This document shows positions 50,410 through 61,845 of a stretch of 61,845 nt of DNA, piece by piece. The notes beneath the pieces were generated by a model that worked only from the letters and a program-made list of their open reading frames with translations, was not told where the DNA came from and made no database searches. Source of the stretch: Tubiluchus corallicola (taxonomy: Eukaryota > Animalia > Priapulida); NCBI GenBank assembly GCA_030141605.1, contig JAQGDQ010000500.1:1-61845 (forward strand). Reading direction: 5' to 3'. The translations under genes and the position numbers were made by a program. Every line of letters begins with the position of its first letter. The first letter of the stretch is position 1.

Positions 50410-51551
50410 TTCTTTCCTAAGTCACCTGGAAATAAAGCCAGTTCGACTGGAGCATCTTTCTAGAGTTCACTGAATTCAAGATGGTGAATAAAAAGTTCAA
50501 CTCTTTTTTGAGAGATGTGAAATTTCATGTAGGTTCAGGTCAAGATTCTTGACAGTTCATTGCAAATTCATGGAACCTTATTTTTTTCAAAAAGTATTCT
50601 CCCAACAACAACAACAACAACACCTCCAACAACAACAACAAGAAAAAAACAACAACAACAACAACTCAATAACATCCAGATGAGTAGCGATCTGTGTCAA
50701 GTCTCTCCATCAGAAATATTTGACCAAGAACCAACAATGCAGCAAATGTGTGACAATAAGCCATTTAATTATTATACACCCAAGAGGTCTGCTTAATCAG
50801 AGAATCATTAAACAAAAGTGTGGAATAAAAACTAATGCATGTTCAGATACTGCTAACATAGGTTCCACGTGATGATGACGTTGTGTCTCTGTCGCCATTG
50901 TTTTCTAGCTTTAACCACGTTTGCTTTATAGACAACAATGGGATGTATTTGTGAAAATTTCTCTTCCTGCACAACTTTCTATAAATCATATTTTATTAGA
51001 CTTTCTTGAGAAACTGGAGAATTTTTGATCCTGTTTCTTTGAATTTCAACTCATCCGCGTAAACAATGAATATTATTCCACACGAAACAATGCTGTCATT
51101 GTTATCATGTAGGTGTGGAATGCTTTGTATTTCAAATAGAATCCGTTGAGCCTTTGAAGGACAACAAAACAGAATTGGCATATAAAGCTTCACAAAAATT
51201 CGTGGTTAAAATCTTTTGCTGTCTTATTGCGCACGGAGCTTGTATTAACAGTAACGCTGTATAACAGTAACGCTGTATAACAGATCAATTGTTTTTCTTA
51301 CTAGAGACCGATGATGCGAGCATTTTAAATACAGGGTGTAACTATGTAATATATTGTCTTAACAGTAGACCATGAATTATTAAACGTAGATTGTTGATAA
51401 TTAATAATCGTTATGGTGTGTGGTAAATTTGTTACAGGTAAATCTGATCTTGGTAATTTTGGTAGCGGGAAATTTTGTTACTAGCAATTTTTGGTACAAG
51501 AGAAATTTTGGTACTATGAAAATTTAGCACAGTGAAAATGTGGTACCAAAC

Positions 51552-52280
51552 TTACACAGTAGCATCTTCACATTGTTCTTACACGGTAGCTTCTTCACAT
51601 TGCTCTTACACAGTAACATCTCCACACTGTTCTTACATAGTAACATCTTAACATTGGTTTTACACAGTAGCATCTTGACATTGCTCTTCCACAGTGGCAT
51701 CTTCACATTGCTCTTACACAGTAACATCTCCACTGTGTTCTTACATAGTAACATCTTCACATTGTTTTTACACAGTAGCATCTTCACATTCTTCTAACAC
51801 AGTAGCATCTTCACATTCTTCTAACACAGTTGCATCTTCACATCGTTTTTACACAGTAGCATCTTCACATTGTTCTTACACAGTAGCATCTTCACATTGT
51901 TCTTACTGAGTAGCATCTTCACATTGTTCTTACTGAGTAACATCTTCACATTGTTCTTACACAGTAGCATCTTCACATTGTTCTTACAGAGTAGCATCTT
52001 AACATTGTTCTTACTGAGTAACATCTTCACATTGTTCTTACATAGTAGCATCTTAACATTGTTCTTACTGAGTAACATCTTCACATGCTTCTTACACAGT
52101 AGCATCTTCACATTGTTCTTACTGAGTAACATCTTCACATGCCTCTTACACAGTAGCATCTTCACATTGTTCTTGCACAGTAGTATCTTCACATTGTTCT
52201 TACTGAGTAACATCTTCACATTGTTCTTACTGAGTAACATCTTCACATTGTTCTTACTGAGTAACATCTTCACATACTTC
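51552..52280. repeat. 27-bp minisatellite immediately 3' of MS4A-like copy B
   Basis: Same unit as 48750-49233. Confidence 0.95.
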
Positions 52281-53450
52281 TTACATATCAAGCATTCCAC
52301 ACAAGTAAAGGCCGACCGATAAGATAGAAGTAACGATTTCTGCGAAGCCCACGAACAGTTCTAAGTAATTTACAGCTAAAACGGCTTCATGTATACGTAA
52401 ACTGCTCATATACGCGATCATGATCTCCTTACCATATGACTCACGATCTGAACTTGAAGAAATTCCTGTCGAGTTTCCAGAAGTGGGATAGACAGAAATC
52501 GTTATTATTGCCATGAGTATAAGAACGCCATTGAAGACTGATGCAAGAATTGTTATCGTGGCAGTGAAGACGACCCAGAAGTGTTTCCTTTTCAATTTTC
52601 CATTTGCTGAGAAAAGATGCATGAAGCCAGTTGCAAGACAGTGGATAAAGAGGGGGATAGAGCAGATTGCACTTATACGAGATATAAAAGTGGGTTTATC
52701 GTCCCAGGCAAGAGTGACAATTGCAAATATCATCAGTAGTACAGCGAATACTCCATTGATAATCTGAAACAAAAAACCGCCATGAAAGCAATTAGGCTTT
52801 TGATCTATAAATTTTTATCATAATGTCAGCAGATTTAAAGTGTTAAAAAGCTGCTGAATATCTTCCAAAAGAGGCTGAATGACACTGCCATCTGTTGAAG
52901 AACGTAGTAAATTCTGTATGTGTGCACTCTTAGCTAATGGGCACCTTTACCTACCCTGCTGTGGTTTAAAACGAGCTTTTACCTGCCATTCATGAAGCCC
53001 AGTAAACACCAAAACGACAAAAGGCATCACAGCCCCCAAAGCCTATAGTTCTTAACTGTATCAAGGTTTAGAAGAAACAGAATAGACCATGCCAGTTGCA
53101 AATAAAATAGAAGTTTATTGGTGTTGCTAGCGAATGTTGTCTCATCGTCAAATTCTGACCTTGTAGAAGACAGGAATATTGAGTTTTGGCTAGGTGTAGT
53201 AAAATGTTACAACTTAAGTATTGAATCCAGCCTTGGTTAATGCTTCTGAATGTACAGAATTATTCTATTGTAATCATTATTAGTAATTACTAATCAATAT
53301 TACCTGCGCAACCCCTATTCTAAACAGCATCTTGGGATGCTTGGTACCTAGTCTTGACTCTGATGGTGTCCTTGCAGCGTCATTCTCAGCATCAGGTAAA
53401 GCAGTAGCAACAGTTACTCCTGATTTGTCTTCAGTGTCAGCCTCTGCCAT
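52281..53450 (-). CDS. MS4A-like: MS4A/CD20-like four-TM protein copy B (coding exons 53450-53304 and 52763-52281; 209 aa)
   Basis: Tandem paralogue of copy A with the same splice sites and an open frame. Confidence 0.75.
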
Positions 53451-53914
53451 TTCTTTCCGTAGTCACCTGGAAATGAAACCACTTCGATTTACTAGATTTT
53501 TATGAGAAACTGGAAACTTCTACTCCTGTTCCTTTGAGCTTCAGGTCATTCAGTAAACAATCAATATGATTCTACACGAAACAATGTGCAGTCATTGTTA
53601 TCATGTAGGCGTAGAATGCATTGTATTTCATTCGGAACACGTCGAGCCATTAAAGGACAAAAAATAGGATTGACATATAAAGCATAAAAAATTCGTATAT
53701 AATTTTTTTTGTCATTTGTATGCTGTTTTATTGCACGCCGTGTTTGTGTTACATCACTTTGGTATATAGTTATCAACAATAATACTTCATGGTCTACTGC
53801 TCAGACACAGTAACATCTTTTAAAATGTCGACTTCATATGTCTGAAGTAGCAAAAACAATTCACATTTTATACATAGTTTTTGCTAATATAGTGTAATGC
53901 TGAAATAAAATAAT

Positions 53915-53994
53915 TGTGTTTGTGGTTGTTGTTGTTGCTTTTGTTGATGTTGTTGTTGTGAATGCTGTTGCTGGGGTTGTGGCTGTGGCTGTGG

Positions 53995-54038
<44 letters not shown>

Positions 54039-54090
54039 ATTGTTGTTATTGTTGTTGTCGTTGCTGCTGCTGTGGTTGTGGTTTTGTGGC

Positions 54091-54145
<55 letters not shown>

Positions 54146-54352
54146 ATTGCTGTGGCTATTGCTGTTGCTGTGGTTGTGGCTTTGGCTGTTTTTGTTGCTG
54201 TTGTTGCTGTTGCTGTGGCTGGGATAGTGGTGGTTGTTGTTGTTGTTGTTGATGTTGTTATGGTTGCTGTTACTGTTGTTGTGGTTCTGGTTGTTGTTGT
54301 TGTTGGTGGTGGTGGTGGCGGTGGTGCTGCTGCTGCTGTTGTTGTTGTTGTC
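53915..54352. repeat. (GTT/GCT/GGT)n microsatellite
   Basis: Directly visible. Confidence 0.95.
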
Positions 54353-54918
54353 TCTCACATAAGCTTTATTCTATTATAATATTTAAATAGACGTTCTTCT
54401 GTTCTGTGATGTGACATTCTAAAAACTTTCATTTTTCATTTACGCAGACGTTTCTTGTTAGGCGGTGACAACATCTCAAATAACCCCTTTGAGATCTCCA
54501 TCCTCTCATTATGTAAACATTAGTCTGTTTTGCAGCAGTTGACATTTTCAGAGATGAAATTGAGAAAATAAATCGTCACTGTGTCGCGCATCGCAGACCG
54601 CATGGACGCGCTCAATTTCACAAAACGCGCATCTCGCCTTGCGTCTGTGTCATCACTAGATTAAACAGATATGTGAAAAAGCGTTTTCCTTTATTCAACG
54701 TTTTCAACGAATAAACACAAGCGGGATTCATTACAAAGTAACACGAGGCGTTCATTTCAATGGAGGCGGATCCAGGATCTTGACGAGAAGAAGTTAAACT
54801 TAGTGTAGAATGAAATATAGCTGAGTAGTTGACTGACGGATAGGCAGACAGGCGTGCAGGTAGACAGACAGGCGTGCAGGTAGGCAGACAGGCGACTTGC
54901 TGCATGCATACATACATA

Positions 54919-55266
<348 letters not shown>

Positions 55267-55322
55267 TTAATGAATGACGTATGGGTTATATATTGTGTAG
55301 ATCAAAGGATATAAACAATTTA

Positions 55323-56030
55323 TAGTAACACAGCAAGCAAACACAGTAAGCAGACAGTAACACAGCAAGCAAACACAGTAAGCAGACAGTAACACAGGAA
55401 GCAAACACAGTAAGCAGACAGTAACACAGCAAGCAAACACAGTAAGCAGACAGTAACACAGCAAGCAAACACAGTAAGCAGACAGTAACACAGTAAGCAG
55501 ACAGTAACACAGTAAGCTGACAGTAACGCAGTAAGCAAACACAGTAAGCAGACAGTAACACAGTAAGCAAACACAGTAAGCAGACAGTAACACAGTAAGC
55601 AGACAGTAACACAGTAAGCTGACAGTAACGCAGTAAGCAAACACAGTAAGCAGACAGTAACGCAGTAAGCAAACACAGTAAGCAGACAGTAACACAGTAA
55701 GCAAACACAGTAAGCAGACAGTAACACAGTAAGCAAACACAGTAAGCAGACAGTAACACAGTAAGCAAACACAGTAAGCAGACAGTAACACAGTAAGCAA
55801 ACACAGTAAGCAGACAGTAACACAGTAAGCAAACACAGTAAGCAGACAGTAACACAGTAAGCAGACAGTAACACAGTAAGCTGACAGTAACGCAGTAAGC
55901 AAACACAGTAAGCAGACAGTAACACAGTAAGCAAACACAGTAAGCAGACAGTAACACAGTAAGCAAACACAGTAAGCAGACAGTAACACAGTAAGCAAAC
56001 ACAGTAAGCAGACAGTAACACAGTAAGCTA
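55323..56030. repeat. Minisatellite built from cagtaa-based subunits (~32-bp main unit)
   Basis: cagtaagcaaacacagtaagcagacagtaaca. Confidence 0.95.
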
Positions 56031-56194
56031 GCACTTAAAGAAACAACATAAGTTTGTAATAATACAAGATATAAGCGCAACAAGCAAATACAATAAACAA
56101 ATAAAACTCACAATGCAAAATACTTATAATAGTCCTTATATAACTAAGGACAACCTGAAACATATGTAGCTTGTGCATTTGTTATGTTTTGTAT

Positions 56195-56998
56195 GTGTTA
56201 GCAGCTTTAGCGTATTGTGAAAACGCATGTGCTAATATTGGAACACACAGTCCTTAAGTTTGATATGATCTGTAAATAGCTTGAGTTTATTGTGAAAACA
56301 CATGTGCTTATATTGGAGCACATCGTCCTTAAGTTCAATATGATCTGTAAGCATCTTAAGCTTATTGTGAAAACACATGTGCTCACATTGGAGCACATCG
56401 TCCTTAAGTTTGATATGATCTGTAAGCAGCTTGAGCGTACTGTGAAAACACATGTGCTTATATTGGAGCACATCGTCCTTAGGTTCAATATGATCTGTAA
56501 GCAGCTTGAGTGTATTGTGAAAACACATGTGCTTATATTGGAGCACATAGTCCTCAAGTTTGATATGTTCTGTAAGCAGCTTGAGCGTATTGCGAAAACA
56601 CATGTGCTTATATTGGAGCACATCGTCCTTAAGTTTTGATATGATCTGTAAGCAGCTTGAGCGTATTGTGCAAACACGTGCTCATATTGGAACACATCGT
56701 CCTTAAGTTTGATATGTTCTGTAAGCAGCTTGAGTGTATTGTGCAAACGCATGTGCTTATATTGGAGCACATCGTCCTTAAGTTCAATATGATCTGTAAT
56801 CAGCTTGAGCGTGTTGTGAAAACACATCTGCTTATGTTGAAACACATCGTCCTTAGGTTCAATATGATCTGTAAGCAGCTTGAGCGTACTGTGAAAACAC
56901 ATCTGCTGATGTTGAAACACATCGTCCTTGAGTTCAATATGATCTGTAAGCAGCTTGAGTGTATTGTGCAAGAAACATCTGCTGATGTTGAAACACAT
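56195..56998. repeat. 75-bp tandem repeat, ~10-11 copies
   Basis: tgtgaaaacacatgtgcttatattggagcacatcgtccttaag...gatctgtaagcagcttgag. Confidence 0.96.
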
Positions 56999-57377
56999 TA
57001 TTCTTGGGTTTAGCATTTATGCATTAAACTAATCAAATTTACCTGAGATATTCATACAGGACAAGTTTACCTTGCCAGCCTTTGACAGCAATAATAATTA
57101 TCATCCAGGAGTTTGTTGATGTAGACCGTGTATAACACGTAATTTAACACTGAATCAACTCGAGATAATTTCATTAGGTATGCTCATGAGATCGAAGTGG
57201 CTTCGTTTATTGCTACGAGTTTAGGACGGCTTCACGAGTTTAGGACGGTCGGTGTTAAAATTATGAAGCTTGGAATGAATTATTGAAGTTAAAACGATAG
57301 TTACGCGTGTCCAGCGAGGGCTGTTTGGTCTGTGTTGATCGTTTATTTAATTTCTGCTGCTTGATCAGCCGATTGTT

Positions 57378-58015
57378 CGTAGGTAGGTAGGTAGGTGGGT
57401 AGGTAGGTAGGTAGGTAGGTAGGTACGTACGTAAGTAGGTGGGTAAGTAGGGAGGCAGATACGTGGGTAGGTAGGTAAGTAGGTAGGTAGGTAGGTAGGT
57501 AGGTAGGTAGGTAGGTAGGTACGTACGTACGTAAGTAGGTGGGTAAGTATGGAGGCAGATACGTGGGTAGGTAGGTAAGTGGTAGGTAAGTAGATAAGTT
57601 GGTGGGTAAGTAGGTAGGTAGGTAGGTAGGTAGGTAGGTAGGTAGGTAGGTAGGTAGGTAGGTAGGTAGGTAAGTGGTAAGTAAGTAGATAAGTTGGTGG
57701 TAAGTAGGTAGGTAAGTAGGTAGGTAAGTAGACAGGTAGGTAAGTAGGTAGGTAGGTAGGTAGGTAGGTAGGTAGGTAGGTAGGTAGGTAGGTAGGTAGG
57801 TAGGTAAGTAGGTAGGTGGGTAAGTAGGTAGGTGGGTAAGTAGGTAGGTAGGTAGGTAGGTAGATAGGTAGGTAGGTAGGTAGGTAGGTGGGTAAGTAGG
57901 TAGGTAGGTAGGTAGGTAGGTAGGTAGGTAGGTAGGTAGGTAGGTAGGTAGGTAGGTAGGTAGGTAGGTGGGTAAGTAGGTGGGTAGGTAAGTAGGTAAG
58001 TAGGTAGGTAGGTAG
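57378..58015. repeat. (TAGG)n microsatellite
   Basis: Directly visible. Confidence 0.97.
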
Positions 58016-58439
58016 AAAATCAACTCGTAGCAACTGTTGGAGAGCTTGTAATTTCTTGACGACAGTAACTCGTAAAGCAGTTCACACTTGCGAGATTGCT
58101 GTCGCGCTGGTCTGAACGCGTCACTAGGATGAAACACAGCAGAAGCACGTGGCTGGATGGGTCTGTAATTGGACAGTCTGGTCAACATTTATGGCGGTGA
58201 TCGATTATGCAGAGTTATGAAATGGCCTCTGATCGGCTGAATCAATCCATCAGCGCATTAGGGATGTAATGTGGTCAAGTGCTACAGTCTGAACAACGTA
58301 CGCATCAGCGACAAGAGCACACTAATACAGCAAGGTCAATATTACCCATGACCACTCAAGCACGTTGCTTCAATATTTTATTATACACATAGGCTGTCGA
58401 TTATGTTGACTCGGAGGTGAGCTTGTGTAGCGTGCATGG

Positions 58440-59717
<1,278 letters not shown>

Positions 59718-60372
59718 CCATGCGCGATGTTCTTCTTGTTGTTGTCATCATCACTGGCGTTGTCGTTGCTGTTGGCATTCACTGACAGATCTACCCAGGT
59801 TGCATTTCTCAAAAACATTTTTTTGATGGAGAACTCCACAGATAAGAAGCTCGGGGGAAAACTGGACTTATAAGCATCCATTTTACGTCATCTTCGTGAC
59901 CCAGTTTTTTCTCCAGGGCTCTTTTCTATGGAATCCCGGTACGATGTAGGCAGTTTTCAGCAGAGCTGTAGATTTTTTCTATTGACGTATTCTCATTAGG
60001 TACAGCAATTGTTCAAGGATTCAATATTATTGTCTCTTACGTGGCTTCCCATGTGACCTTGGCAATTTTTAGCCTCTGCCATAATACGGATGATCTGTTG
60101 TAACATTTATTATATCAGTACAATGCTAAGTATTTTTCGCCTACACTGTTACAAAGTGATTTCCTCTGGGAGCAGCAAACAGTGGCAATATCATGCATTA
60201 TATATGTAAAGTGATGTAGATTCAGGAAACATGGACAGAGACTAACAATAGACAACAGCATTATCATATGAAAACGAATCTATGTAAAAGTTTTATTTCT
60301 TCTTTCATTTTGAAAGCTTAGTTAAGGTAGCATCTAAAAAAATTCCGAACCTATTTCATAGCCTGGTATTTT

Positions 60373-60830
60373 TTGTATTGTATTGTACCATACCGTGCCG
60401 TGCCGTGTCGTGCCGTACCGTACCGTACCATACCGTACCGTACCGTACCGTACCGCATTGCATTGCATTGCATTGCATTTCATTCATTTTCTTGCGTATT
60501 GTATTGTATTGCATTGCATTGCATTGCATTGCACTGTATTTCACGGTATTGTGTATTGTATTGTATTCCATTGCATATTGTATTGAATTTCATTGTCTTG
60601 CGTATTGAATAGTACTTCATTGTATTGTGTATTGTATTATACTGTATTACATTGTACTTAATTGTGTTGTGTTGTATTGCATTGCATTGTATCATATTGT
60701 TTTATAATGAAATGAATTGTATTGCATTGTATTGTGTATTGTATTGCGTCATATAACATTGCATCGCATTGTTTCGTGTGTAATAACATGTATCATATTG
60801 TATCATGATGTGCCATATTGTGTCATGCCA
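60373..60830. repeat. Pentanucleotide satellite (ATTGT/ATTGC/ACCGT)
   Basis: Directly visible. Confidence 0.93.
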
Positions 60831-61214
60831 TATCACCCTGTCCTGCTCTGTTTTATTCAACACTGGGAAAGTTATTACGCTGAATGCGAATCTTGGCGAT
60901 AATAGTAATCATAACTGAACTGATGATGACGACCAACCTTTCTTTACAATCACTTTTTTAAAGATGCCATCCAGCATTCTGCACTAGGACAAATTTTCTC
61001 CCGTTCAGTATTAGTTCCTAAACTCCACAAAAGCACTGAAGAACCAGCGTTGCTCTACAAATGTAAATAAGACCCTTGCAGTTTCTTAGGACAAATAATA
61101 ACTGTTTTTTAAAAAAAAAACAATGACAGAAATCTTAATTGGTGGGTTGGGCGGTGATGGCGGCAAAATTTCATTGGATAAAAATTCTTATGAAAAAGAG
61201 AGACCTTTGAATAG

Positions 61215-61845
61215 CCACTGTGGGCAAGGAAATAGGAGGGAGGATTGGTACTGAATTAAACTTTCCCCATAATTATTAAGCCTGTTAGCTTTTTCAATCA
61301 AGGAATCAAACAACATAATCATTAACAAGTCACGAAGAATTATATCATAATAACTATACTAGCAGGTACAATCACAGAATCAAATAACATAATTATTATC
61401 AATACTAAAACACAGTGGAACAATTAGCCTGGCTAGCCCACAGGTCTGAATGTTCAAGGCAGACCTGTCTTACACAGCTTAAATACAGAAAACTAGAACA
61501 CTATTAATGTAAAAAGTCATTCAGAAGCAAATAACATAAATATTAACAAGTCATAAGCAATTATATTAGGTAACTATACTAAAACACAGTGGAACAATTA
61601 GCCTGGTTAGCCCACAGGTCTGAATGTACACAGCTTAAATACAGAAAACTAGAACACTATTAATGTAAAAAGTCATTCAGAAGCAAATAACATAAATATT
61701 AACAAGTCATAAGCAATTATATTAGGTAACTATACTAAAACACAGTGGAACAATTAGCCTGGTTAGCCCACAGGTCTGAATGTACACAGCTTAAATACAG
61801 AAAACTAGAACACTATTAATGTAAAAGGTCATTCAGAAGCAAATA
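61215..61845 (+). repeat. Interspersed repeat whose distal part is tandemly amplified (~156-174-bp units, 3 copies to window end)
   Basis: aaaacacagtggaacaattagcctgg at ~61407, 61581 and 61737; homologous to 42455-42790. Confidence 0.9.

Noticed and set aside
54550-54720. Downstream exon for the MG-start exons after ttttcag
   Set aside because: The phase-1 frame hits a stop after six codons
58020-58190. SNYRPI...FRPAR as a reverse-transcriptase remnant
   Set aside because: Too short and degenerate to support

Overview
AT-rich, microsatellite-dense eukaryotic DNA, most likely from an invertebrate animal. There is no prokaryotic gene structure, rRNA, intact tRNA or CRISPR array. (1) A tandem cluster of four + strand coiled-coil genes with uninterrupted ORFs (10752-13172, 16173-19253, 21694-23823, 27611-31681). 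They share a core I recognise from memory as ODF2/cenexin-like. Each is preceded by RFX X-box-like sites and each carries its own internal repeat expansion. (2) Two - strand MS4A/CD20-like four-TM paralogues with two coding exons each (49234-50409, 52281-53450), plus an inverted 3' fragment of a third copy. (3) Two candidate + strand first exons with N-myristoylation starts (MGCSTS at 41417, MGQEVS at 47445) and a candidate - strand first exon at 5961-5987. (4) Many LINE remnants, including a ~3.2 kb inverted pair with identical truncation points, MITE-like termini, and numerous micro- and minisatellites that explain most of the ORF track. Family assignments come from recalled sequence motifs, not database searches, and percent identities are by eye.
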